64,000 nucleotides of DNA from assembly GCA_964593155.1 (NCBI GenBank), contig CAZQHE010000002.1:5231-69230 (forward strand), given 5' to 3'. Positions 47,714 through 56,161 of this stretch are shown here, piece by piece. The translations under genes and the position numbers were made by a program. The number at the start of each line of letters is the position of its first letter. The stretch's first letter is position 1. The DNA is from an uncultured bacterium. GTDB taxonomy: Bacteria > Krumholzibacteriota > Krumholzibacteriia > JAJRXK01. The notes under the pieces are model-generated. The model made no database searches. It had not been told where the DNA came from and saw only the letters and a program-made list of their open reading frames with translations.

Positions 47714-48490
47714 TCAGCGCCAGCGGTCCGTCGAGTCGAACTGCCCCGGCAGCTGACGCCAGCGCGAGCGTAGACGTTCGCGCGCGACGGCGGCGGGGAA
47801 CAACCAGCGCAGCACGACGTAGCCGCCCACGAAGCCGCCGATGTGCGCCCAGTAGGCCACTCCGCCCGACTGCCCGGGCACCAGCAGACCGAACACGCCT
47901 CCGAGCACCTGCAGCGCCGTCCACACCGAGATCAGCAACAGGGCCGGCACCTGCAGGAACTGCACGAAGAAGCCCAGGAACAGCAGCGACGTGATCCGGG
48001 CCTTCGGGTACAGCACGACGTAGGCGCCCAGCATGCCGCTCACCGCCCCGCTGGCCCCGATCACGGGCACGATCGAATCGGGATCGGTGGCCACGTGCGT
48101 GGCCAGCCCGACGAGACCGGTCACCAGGTAGAAGGCAAGGAAGCGCAACGGACCGAGGAAGTCCTCGACGTTGTTCCCGAAGATCCACAGGAAGTGCATG
48201 TTGAACAGCAGGTGCAGCCATCCGCCGTGCAGGAACATCGACGTGATCGCGGTCAGCGGCAGGAAGGCCGGACCTTCCACGTGCACCAGCGGCAGTCCCT
48301 GCACGCGTCCCACCAGGTCCACGAGCGTGGTCAGCTCGTAGGGCGTCGCCCCCCAGCGCGCGATGAAGAAACCCATCTCGGCGCCGGCGACGAGTTCGCG
48401 CAGGAACACCAACACGTTCAGCGCGATCAGACCCACGGTGATCAGCGGGAACCGCTGGGTCGGATTGTGATCGCGCAGCGGAACGATCAT
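47714..48490 (-). CDS. rhomboid-family intramembrane serine protease
   Basis: 258 aa. The catalytic Ser motif is VIGASGAVSGM and the His motif is AHIGGFVGG. There are six TM helices. Confidence 0.85.
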   Translation of the reverse strand: MIVPLRDHNPTQRFPLITVGLIALNVLVFLRELVAGAEMGFFIARWGATPYELTTLVDLVGRVQGLPLVHVEGPAFLPLTAITSMFLHGGWLHLLFNMHFLWIFGNNVEDFLGPLRFLAFYLVTGLVGLATHVATDPDSIVPVIGASGAVSGMLGAYVVLYPKARITSLLFLGFFVQFLQVPALLLISVWTALQVLGGVFGLLVPGQSGGVAYWAHIGGFVGGYVVLRWLFPAAVARERLRSRWRQLPGQFDSTDRWR

Positions 48491-48493
48491 CGA

Positions 48494-49099
48494 TCAGTCG
48501 AACCAGTTCGCCACGCGATCCCAGAACGAGACCGAGCGTTCCACGCGCAGGGGCAGCGGGTCGGCGTTGCGCTTCGGCCAGACGTCACCCTGGTTGCACA
48601 GCTGCACGCCGAGTCCGTAGCGCTCGTGGGGGAGCGGCTCGAGCACGCCTTCGCGGAAGCGCGGATCGACCTCCACCTCGAAGCGGCCCAGGATCAGCGG
48701 GCGGTCCGGCGGTTGACGGTCGCAGCCGAGGAACAGGATCTCGGCGCCGTCGCCGAAGAGAACCTCCTTCTCCTGCAGACCTTCGAGTTGTTTCCACGTG
48801 ACCGGCCCGGCCGGCTCGAGGAAGTCGGGCATCTCGATCCGCAGCACCATGCCGCTGAAGTCGATCGCGGGCTCGCCCCGGATCCCGAGGTAGCAGGTGA
48901 AGCGCTCGGCGTCGGCATCCAGCCGGAGCTCGCGCGTGGTCCCCTCGGGATCGGCGTAGAGTCCGATGGTGTACTCGCCGACGTCGGGGTCGGGGTCGGC
49001 GCCGATCGTCTGGGCAGCAGCCGGAAGCACGCCGAGCGCGCAGGCGACGATCGCGCACACGTGCGTGACGAGGACTTGTCGGCCGGTTGGTGGATTCAT
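48494..49099 (-). CDS. secreted hypothetical protein
   Basis: Internal Met at 49099 of ORF 48494..50224 (201 aa). The signal peptide is MNPPTGRQVLVTHVCAIVACALGVLPAAAQT. It has an ATGA overlap with the upstream DUF2064 gene. Its stop is 3 nt before the rhomboid start. Confidence 0.5.
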   Translation of the reverse strand: MNPPTGRQVLVTHVCAIVACALGVLPAAAQTIGADPDPDVGEYTIGLYADPEGTTRELRLDADAERFTCYLGIRGEPAIDFSGMVLRIEMPDFLEPAGPVTWKQLEGLQEKEVLFGDGAEILFLGCDRQPPDRPLILGRFEVEVDPRFREGVLEPLPHERYGLGVQLCNQGDVWPKRNADPLPLRVERSVSFWDRVANWFD

Positions 49100-49831
49100 G
49101 ACGCGGGTAGGTCGGGAGCGGGACGGGGGTCGAGTTCGGAGCGCTCGCTCTGGACGAGCCAGGCCCGGGTGATCTTCGCGCGCCCGGGGTGCTCGCGCAA
49201 GCGGGTGGCAAGGGATCGCAGGTCGTCGGGGGTGTCGACGTCGAACCAGGCCCGGGCCTCGGACCGTTCCAGGCCGAGTGCGTCGACGCGGTTGCGCAGC
49301 GCTTCTCCCGTGTTCGGGCTGCTCCAGGGGAGATCGTCGAACATTCCGGGGACGTGGCGCCGCACCCCGATGCACCACACTCCGCCGTCGGCCGCGGCGC
49401 CGAGCACGACGTCGGCGCCGCCGGCGAGAGCGTCGAGCGCGGCGTCGAGATGGCCGGCCGGGAGATCGGGACTGTCGGTGCCCACCATCAGCAGCGGGAG
49501 CTCGTCCTGCTGGTCGGCTTCTTCCACCGCCGCGGCCAGGCGGTCGCCGAGATCGCCGGACGCCTGCCGGCTCCGGGCCAGACGGCCGGAGCGCACGGCG
49601 TGGTCCAACGTCACGGCGAAGTCCGACGAGGCGTAGTCCTCGGGGTCCGCTCCGTCGAGCCAAAGGCGGCAGTGGCGGGCCGCCGAACCGAGTGCGAGGT
49701 TCACGGTGTCCTCGACGAAGGCCTCGTACAGCGACGCGGCCGCGTCGGCCCCGAGCAACGGGATCAGGCGGGTCTTCGCCGCGCCGGGGCGCGGCTCCTT
49801 GGCGAAGATGCCGAGACAGGTGGGTGAACTC
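49096..49831 (-). CDS. DUF2064-family (PF09837-like) nucleotidyl/glycosyl-transferase-like protein
   Basis: Internal Met at 49831 of ORF 49096..50871 gives MSSPTCLGIFAKEPRPGAAKTRLIPLLGADAAASLYEAFVEDTV…LLMVGTDSPDLPAGHLDAALDAL…ADGGVWCIGV… This is the DUF2064 N-terminal FAK.P.PG.VKTRL and GTDSPDL signature. The family is from memory. Confidence 0.7.
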
Positions 49832-50284
49832 ATGCGCGAAACCGGGGAAGGGGATACGAACCGTCGCGCCCTTCCATGGTACCGCAAGCGGGTCGACTCG
49901 CTGCTCCGAATCACGGACGAGGCGCGTATCCGTCTGCGCGACGTCGCGCGCGTCCGCCGGCTCCCACGGCGGGCGCAGGTGCTGAACGCCTTCGAGGGCA
50001 CGCCCACCGTGTTCTGGATCGAGGACGGCCGGGTGCGGCTCTCGCGCTTCGAGACCGATGGCTCGGAAACCGCCATCGCGATCCTCGAGCGCGGCGAGGT
50101 CTTCGGTCTCGACACCGAGGCCGGGCCGGGCGAGGTGCGGGTGGCGACGGCCGAGGCGTTGGAGCCGAGCACGGTGCTGGCCTTCGATCGCGCCGCCCTC
50201 GACACGCTGAGACGCGACGAGCACCTGCGCGAGGCGACGCAGTCACTGTCGCCCCCGACCCCGTCGACGGGAGCCCGGGCTTGA
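49832..50284 (+). CDS. stand-alone cyclic-nucleotide-binding (CRP-like cNMP) domain protein
   Basis: In ORF 49706..50284. MRET… at ATG 49830..49832; an alternative is the Met at 49808. The cNMP-binding beta-roll is …TVFWIEDGRVRLSRFETDGSETAIAILERGEVFGLDTEAGPGEVRVATAEALEPSTVLAFDR… There is no HTH. Confidence 0.55.
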   Translation: MRETGEGDTNRRALPWYRKRVDSLLRITDEARIRLRDVARVRRLPRRAQVLNAFEGTPTVFWIEDGRVRLSRFETDGSETAIAILERGEVFGLDTEAGPGEVRVATAEALEPSTVLAFDRAALDTLRRDEHLREATQSLSPPTPSTGARA

Positions 50285-51015
50285 GCCGGGTCTTCGTGGT
50301 GATCCCCGCCCTCGACGAGGAAGCTTCGATCGGGCACGTGCTCGAGCCCGTGGTGGCGCAGCCGGACGTCGAGGTCGTGGTGTGCGACAACGGTTCGACC
50401 GACGCCACCCCCGCGGTCGCCCGGGCCCACGGGGCCACGGTGGTCCGCGACGAGCGCCGTGGCTACGGCCAGGCCTGCCTGACGGCCCTGGCCGAGGTCC
50501 GCACCCGACAGCCGCTCGACGACGACGTGGTCTGCTTCCTCGACGCCGACTTCAGTGACGATCCCACGCAGCTGCCCGAGATCGTCGGCCCGGTGGAGCG
50601 CGGCGAGGCCGACATGGTGATCGGATCGCGTGTGCTCGGCCGCCGCGAGGCGGGCGCCCTGCTCCCGCAGGCGCGGTGGGGGAACTGGCTGGCCACCCGT
50701 ACCATCGCCTGGATCACCGGGGTACGGTTCACCGACCTCGGTCCCTTCCGCGCCATCCGGTGGTCGACGCTGGAATCGGTGGGGATGGAGGACCGGGCCT
50801 ACGGATGGACGGTCGAGATGCAGCTGAAGGTGGCCGCCGCCGGGGCGCGCTGCGTCGAGGTCCCGGCCCACTACCGCAAGCGGATCGGACGCAGCAAGGT
50901 CACCGGCACGGTCCGCGGAACGGTCCTGGCCAGTGCGACGATCCTGTCCATCCTCGGTCGATGGGCCTGGCGTCGAGCGCGATCTCGCCTTGCCAATCCG
51001 GACCGATCGAACTAA
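50281..51015 (+). CDS. family-2 glycosyltransferase
   Basis: In ORF 49876..51015. The in-frame TTG at 50281 (a TTGA overlap with the cNMP gene stop) or the GTG at 50296 gives …SRVFVVIPALDEEASIGHVLEPVV…VVVCDNGSTDAT…CFLDADFSDDP… The upstream portion of the track ORF is Arg/Gly-rich junk. Confidence 0.75.
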   Translation: MSRVFVVIPALDEEASIGHVLEPVVAQPDVEVVVCDNGSTDATPAVARAHGATVVRDERRGYGQACLTALAEVRTRQPLDDDVVCFLDADFSDDPTQLPEIVGPVERGEADMVIGSRVLGRREAGALLPQARWGNWLATRTIAWITGVRFTDLGPFRAIRWSTLESVGMEDRAYGWTVEMQLKVAAAGARCVEVPAHYRKRIGRSKVTGTVRGTVLASATILSILGRWAWRRARSRLANPDRSN

Positions 51016-51214
51016 ACCTCGCCCGACCGACTCGGTCGTCGACGCTTCGCCCGGAGGGGCGAAGTCCCGGCCACGACCCGCGCGATGGGGATGGAGCCCT
51101 TGGTCAGAAGATTGATCGGATTCACCGGAGTCCTGTTCACGCTGATCCTGCTCGGGATCGGGCTGTCCGCACTCTGAGCCGTCGGCCGCGCGGACGCCAC
51201 CACCAGCGGTCCGT

Positions 51215-51766
51215 TCAGCGGATCGCCCAGCGCACCACGGTGCGCCACTGGCTCTCGTCGGGTTCCCAGACCGGATCGGTGAGATAGATCTCCCACGGGG
51301 GGCCGTTCGGCTCCATCCCGTTCTGCATCATGTGCACCTGCAGGGCCAGGTAGGCGGTCGACAGCGTGTCGAGCTTGCCCTGGTGCACGGTGGTCGCGAC
51401 CCGGCCGCCCGGCAGGGTCCCCACCTTGACCGGGTCCTCGGCCTCGACCTCGTCCTCTACGGGAAAGCCACAGATCAGCCGCCATGGGGTGGGCGGAGGG
51501 ATTTCGTCGTCGAGGTGCTGGATCTGCGGAACCACGCAGATGGGCGGACCGGCCGGGATGACCCCGGCCGTGTCGAGCAGGCTCCACACCTCGGTGAGCG
51601 TCTGCTCGATCCGGGTCTCGAACTCGTCCGGCATGCACTCGAACTCGAAGCCCACGTAGGGCTGTTCGATGCCTTCCTCGACTTCGACCTGGTACTCCAC
51701 TTGACCGCCTCGGAGGTCTGCGCGCCGGCCGCCGTGGCCACGCGGACCGTGCAGACTATCACGCAT
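51215..51766 (-). CDS. GyrI-like small-molecule-binding domain protein
   Basis: Internal Met at 51766 of ORF 51215..52030. …VEYQVEVEEGIEQPYVGFEFEC…GTLPGGRVATTVHQGKLDTLSTAYLALQVHMMQNGMEPNGPPWEIYLTDPVW… matches the GyrI-like/AraC effector-binding fold. Confidence 0.6.
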   Translation of the reverse strand: MRDSLHGPRGHGGRRADLRGGQVEYQVEVEEGIEQPYVGFEFECMPDEFETRIEQTLTEVWSLLDTAGVIPAGPPICVVPQIQHLDDEIPPPTPWRLICGFPVEDEVEAEDPVKVGTLPGGRVATTVHQGKLDTLSTAYLALQVHMMQNGMEPNGPPWEIYLTDPVWEPDESQWRTVVRWAIR

Positions 51767-51908
51767 CCGCGCCCGCTTGAATCCCGGGATCGCCCGGTCG
51801 ACTGATGGAAACGCATCAGGGTCACAAAACGGTATATCGATTACCTTTCGCCATGAACGGACGTTGCAGTAGAGTGTCCGCGATTCGCCATATGCCAAGG
51901 AGGGAGCC

Positions 51909-52241
51909 ATGCGACGCGCTTCACGACGGCCGGGCGAAACCCCGGCGTACGAGCGACGTCCGGAACTGCGGATGAACACCGCGCTGCGTGGCGGGTCGAT
52001 CTCCGAGGTCGAGGCCACGTGCCAGCGCATCGCCGACTACCTGATCGAAGTGTCCCGCGACCAGGAGCTCGAGCCCGCGCTGCACGCTTTCCTCCGTGCC
52101 TTCGATCTCAAGTGCCAGCGACTCGATCCCGAAGCACGCGCGCGGGGACAGAAGGTCTACGAGCGGGTCTACCAGCGTGGTCTGACCGCGTCCGAGGGCC
52201 GGCCACCGCGCGAGGGCTGCGACCCGTACTTCTGGGGCTGA
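51909..52241 (+). CDS. small hypothetical protein
   Basis: 110-aa ORF; an alternative Met at 51972 gives 89 aa. It has balanced composition (MNTALRGGSISEVEATCQRIADYLIEVSRDQELEPALHAFLRAFDLKCQRLDPEARARGQKVYERVYQRGL…). It is divergent from the GyrI-like gene. I recognise no homology. Confidence 0.35.
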   Translation: MRRASRRPGETPAYERRPELRMNTALRGGSISEVEATCQRIADYLIEVSRDQELEPALHAFLRAFDLKCQRLDPEARARGQKVYERVYQRGLTASEGRPPREGCDPYFWG

Positions 52242-52352
52242 TTCGTCCGCACCCGATCGACGATCGCCGGACGGGACGTGGAGAGTGTTCGCGTCCCGTT
52301 CCCGCGTCCTCCGAGGCATCGGGGGGCGCATTTTCGTTTCCGGCGGGGCGAT

Positions 52353-53312
52353 TCAGGGCGACGCGATCGTCATCGACGCGGCGGTCCCCTGCGCACTCCG
52401 CTCGGCCAGCATCTCCACGGCCTTCATCGCTCCCGTGGCGACGGCCGACAGGAAGTCGAGGGCCACGTCGAAGTCGTCCTCGAGCACGTCGAACAGCGCC
52501 TCGTGATTGCCGCGCAGCGTGGTGACGTCGGTCCGCGCGACCGGCGTGTACCACCGTTCGCCACGCGCCAGCGTCTCGAGATTGCCCAGCGGGTAACCGC
52601 GGCCCGCCTCGAAGGTGCCACCATCCGGGAGACGACACTCGACCTCGCCCTCGAGGATCACCAGCAGGTGATCGGCGGCCTCGCCCGGCTGCCAGAACTC
52701 GGTGCCCTGGGCCCAGCGTTCCTGGCGCATCGACGTCGCCATGAGCATGAGGGCCTCGAGTCCGAGGTTGCGGAAGATGTTCCCGCGTCGCAGCAGCACC
52801 AGCCGCTCGACCGCGTCGAGCGAACGCTTCGGCAGGCTGACGGCTTCTCCGGTCCAGGGCACGCGGCGCGATCCCGCCACGATCTGCGGCATGATCTGCA
52901 GATGGTACGCCGCGACGTTCCGCAGCATGTTCTGCAGCAGGCGGAAGTTCTCCTCGAGCGCGGCCAGGATGGCGTCGAGTTCGAAGGCCAGGGCCACCGT
53001 CTCGGTCGCCGCGCGGGCCTCGAAGTGCGGCTCCACTCTCGAGAGCGCGGGGATGATCCCCACGTTCTCGCCGCTGCCGCACGACACGATCTCGCGGCCG
53101 TGGCCGAACACCGCGATCCGTCCACTCACGATCACGAAGAAGCGATCCACGGGACGGCCCTCGCGCAGGACCAGGTCGCCGCGACGCAGGACGACCTCCT
53201 CGGCCTGGCGCGAGAGCACGGTCAGGTCACGCGTGGCGATGCCCTGCAACTGCGGCAGCGTGCGCAGGTACAGCAGGCGGTCGATCGGTCCGACGAAGCG
53301 GGGATCACTCAT
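52353..53312 (-). CDS. tandem cyclic-nucleotide-binding (2x cNMP) domain protein
   Basis: Internal Met at 53312 of ORF 52353..53357. There are two CAP-like beta-rolls (…VLRRGDLVLREGRPVDRFFVIVSGRIAVF…; …QPGEAADHLLVILEGEVECRLPDGG…). Its start overlaps the upstream transporter stop by 8 nt. Confidence 0.7.
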   Translation of the reverse strand: MSDPRFVGPIDRLLYLRTLPQLQGIATRDLTVLSRQAEEVVLRRGDLVLREGRPVDRFFVIVSGRIAVFGHGREIVSCGSGENVGIIPALSRVEPHFEARAATETVALAFELDAILAALEENFRLLQNMLRNVAAYHLQIMPQIVAGSRRVPWTGEAVSLPKRSLDAVERLVLLRRGNIFRNLGLEALMLMATSMRQERWAQGTEFWQPGEAADHLLVILEGEVECRLPDGGTFEAGRGYPLGNLETLARGERWYTPVARTDVTTLRGNHEALFDVLEDDFDVALDFLSAVATGAMKAVEMLAERSAQGTAASMTIASP

Positions 53313-56082
53313 GGCCGAGCAGCTCCGTCTCGGGTTGGTCGAGCAGGACCAGTGCACGTGCGACGACCTGCTGTTGCACCAGGGGTGGTTCGTCGCGCAG
53401 CGCCAGCAGCGCGTCGCGGAACGATTTCAGCCCGAGTTCGCCGATGTGGTGGATCGTGATGCAACGCATGCCCAGGCTCCCCTGTTCCAGGAACGAAGCG
53501 AGTGTCTCCTCGTAGGTCCAGGGGCGCGGCGTGTAGAAGGCCAGACCCAGCCGGAGACGCTCGTCGTCGGAGAGGTCGTCGACGAAGCCCAGCAGTCCGT
53601 CGCGCAGCGGCGGCTCGAGCGTGGCCGCGATCAACTCGTGGGCACTGGCGTGGTCCTCGGCGCGATCGCTCTCCAGGCCGTTGTAGATCCGCTGCCAGTC
53701 CTCCTCGGGGACCAACAGGTCGAGCAGACGGAACATGCGCTCGCGGGCGTGCGCCTCCTTGTGCTCGAGGGTGTGCAGGAGGAGTTCGTGCACCGCCGTC
53801 GCCCGGCGGGGATCCGAGCGCGCTCCCTCGCGCAGCGCGCCCCGCCAGTCGAGCAGACGGAAGGCCCCGGCCAGGGTCAGTTCGAGGGCCTTGCGCAGCG
53901 TGCGCCCGTCCAGTTCGAGGTCGCGATCGCGGCGGCGCAGGGCACCGAGACCGCGCAGGATCTTGAATCGCACCAGACCGTCGCGCACGGTCAACAGATG
54001 ACGCATGAGGATCGGCGCGGCGAATTCGGGTTCGAAACGCGAGATCGTGCGCGGGACGTGTCGGCGGACGTTCTGGGCCATGGACTCGTCGCCCAGCGCC
54101 CGGTCGAGTGCCTCCAGAGCGGCCTCGCCGATCGAGACCAGGGCCGACCGCGCCTCGCTCCGGACGTCGCGAACCGGGAGCATGCCGATCAACGGTTCGA
54201 TGAACTCCTCGCTGCCCACGGCGCGCATCGCGATCGCGGTCTCACGCCGTACCTCGCGGCTCTCCCTCTGCGCGAACTCGATCAGCAGCGACGTGTGGAT
54301 CCGGTGCGGTTGCTCCTGGATCGACAGGACCAGCGCCAGGGCCTCGTCGTCGTCGGCGTCCTTGGCGATCGTGCGCAGGACCGTGGCCGCGTCGTCGCCC
54401 TTGATCCAACCCGCTGCCACGAGCGTGACCAGGGCGGTGGCCCGCACCACCGGAGACGGGTCGTCGAGGTACACGGACAGCTGCCGGTTCACGTCGGGCG
54501 CGAGGATCGCGCGGGCCCGCAGCACGCCGGCGCGGATGACGGCGTCCTCGTGGTCGGCGATGCGTTCGAGGATCGGCAGGGCCTCTTCGCGTCGCGTCCG
54601 CGCGAACAGGTGCAGCGCGCGCGTGACCACCGCCTTCGACGGGTGGTACAGGATCAGCGCCGGGATCAGGTGCACGCGGTCCTGCTCGGCCAGCATGTCC
54701 ATCGCGGCCACGACCTCGGCGTCGTTCACGCTGTTCAACCGCTCGATCAACTTCTCGAGCGAGGCCAGGTCGAGCTCGGGGAACTCGACCTCGGACAACA
54801 CCTCGCGCTCGCTGAGCGTCGTCCGGAACAGATCGAGATAGTGCCGGCGGATGTCGCGGGCGAGGCGGACCCACGACACGCTCAGGGCGATCACGCCGGC
54901 GGCGAGCACCATCTCCGATCCCGGGAAGGCGACGACCACCAGGATCACCAGCGACGCCACCGCCTGCCCGCCGCGCTGTCCGAGCACGTCGACGAAGGTC
55001 TTCACCTGTTCGCGCACGGTGCGCGAGAGCGGTACGTACAGCGTCTCGATCGAGGTCCGGTGGAGCGAGTGCCGCAGCGATCCGTCGACCGCCTTCAGGG
55101 CCAGTGCGGGCACCAGCAGGATCAGCGGCGAGGTCGTGTAGACGATCATCAGCAGCCCCGCGCCGAGCGCCAGCAGCATGGGCGTCAAGCCGAGTACGCG
55201 GTTCAGTCCGAAACTGCGGAGCAGAACACTGACCAGCGTCAACTGGAACAGCAGCGACAGCAGGTTCAGCGCGAGGTAGGTGGTCGCGAAGAAGCTGGCC
55301 AGGTCGGTGCCCTCGAGCTGCCGGGCGACGATGCTCTTGAACAGGTAGTCGACGAAGGTCAGGGCGATCGTCGACACGACCACCAGACCCAGCAGTCTCT
55401 TCACGTACGGACGGTGCAGCACCGTGCGCAGCGCCTGCTTCCAGTGCAGGGCGTGCGAGGGGTGCCGGTGCTCGACGTCGCGACCGCGGGTCTCTTCGGC
55501 GGTGTGCAGCAGGGCCATGGGCAGCAGGCCGGTCAGGCCCAGGATCCCCGCGGCGAACAGCAGGAAGTGACGCGGGTCCACGACCTCACTCAGTCCTCGC
55601 GCCAGGCCGGAGCCGACGATGGCGCCCAGCACGCTGCCCGCGCCGATGATGGCGAACACACGCTTGGCCTGGGTGACCGTGAAGACGTCCTCGACCACCA
55701 GCCAGAAGCGTGTGACGACCATGGTCGCGAACACGCCGGCCCACACGTAAAGCAGGTAAAGGACCCACGGCGGTGAGTGCGCCCCGAGCAGCGCCCACAG
55801 CGCCACCGTGACCGCTCCCGATGCCAGGACCAGGGCGGCCAGCACCAGCCGGTTGCTACGCGCGATCGGATAGCGCGCCTGCCACTGCATGAGCCCGACC
55901 GAGGTCACCGCGATGAGCAGGTAGACCCAGGGAAGCTGCGAGGCGGGGAGCCGACCGAGGAACAGGGCGTCGCGGGCGGTCTCGAGCAGCGCGTGTCCGG
56001 CCAGGATGCCGAAGAGCGTGATCGTCGCCCCGAACACGAGGCGGCGTTCCTCGGGACGGACCGTCGCCTTCAGGTGGATCAT
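53305..56082 (-). CDS. fusion protein: 12-TM TLC-like (ATP/ADP-translocase/Npt-type MFS) transporter domain + C-terminal HEAT-repeat domain
   Basis: 925 aa. The first ~430 aa are polytopic (…LLIAVTSVGLMQWQARYPIA…VVTRFWLVVEDVFTVTQAKRVFAIIGAGSVLGAIVGSG…), resembling TLC/Npt nucleotide transporters. The rest is helical-repeat, HEAT-like (…LIPALILYHPSKAVVTRALHLFA…AVIRAGVLRARAIL…VVRATALVTLVAAG…). Confidence 0.7.
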   Translation of the reverse strand: MIHLKATVRPEERRLVFGATITLFGILAGHALLETARDALFLGRLPASQLPWVYLLIAVTSVGLMQWQARYPIARSNRLVLAALVLASGAVTVALWALLGAHSPPWVLYLLYVWAGVFATMVVTRFWLVVEDVFTVTQAKRVFAIIGAGSVLGAIVGSGLARGLSEVVDPRHFLLFAAGILGLTGLLPMALLHTAEETRGRDVEHRHPSHALHWKQALRTVLHRPYVKRLLGLVVVSTIALTFVDYLFKSIVARQLEGTDLASFFATTYLALNLLSLLFQLTLVSVLLRSFGLNRVLGLTPMLLALGAGLLMIVYTTSPLILLVPALALKAVDGSLRHSLHRTSIETLYVPLSRTVREQVKTFVDVLGQRGGQAVASLVILVVVAFPGSEMVLAAGVIALSVSWVRLARDIRRHYLDLFRTTLSEREVLSEVEFPELDLASLEKLIERLNSVNDAEVVAAMDMLAEQDRVHLIPALILYHPSKAVVTRALHLFARTRREEALPILERIADHEDAVIRAGVLRARAILAPDVNRQLSVYLDDPSPVVRATALVTLVAAGWIKGDDAATVLRTIAKDADDDEALALVLSIQEQPHRIHTSLLIEFAQRESREVRRETAIAMRAVGSEEFIEPLIGMLPVRDVRSEARSALVSIGEAALEALDRALGDESMAQNVRRHVPRTISRFEPEFAAPILMRHLLTVRDGLVRFKILRGLGALRRRDRDLELDGRTLRKALELTLAGAFRLLDWRGALREGARSDPRRATAVHELLLHTLEHKEAHARERMFRLLDLLVPEEDWQRIYNGLESDRAEDHASAHELIAATLEPPLRDGLLGFVDDLSDDERLRLGLAFYTPRPWTYEETLASFLEQGSLGMRCITIHHIGELGLKSFRDALLALRDEPPLVQQQVVARALVLLDQPETELLGHE

Positions 56083-56161
56083 CGCGGGCCTCGCGGGCAG
56101 GGAACTCGTCGCCGGGTCACGTCCGGAAGTCTAGGTCTTCGCACGCCGGGCGCGAGGCCGC

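Noticed and set aside
52702-55776. 1024-aa + strand ORF
   Set aside because: It is antisense to the TLC-HEAT transporter gene and the tandem-cNMP gene. The translation is dominated by R/G/Q/H/D with no TM helices or motifs.
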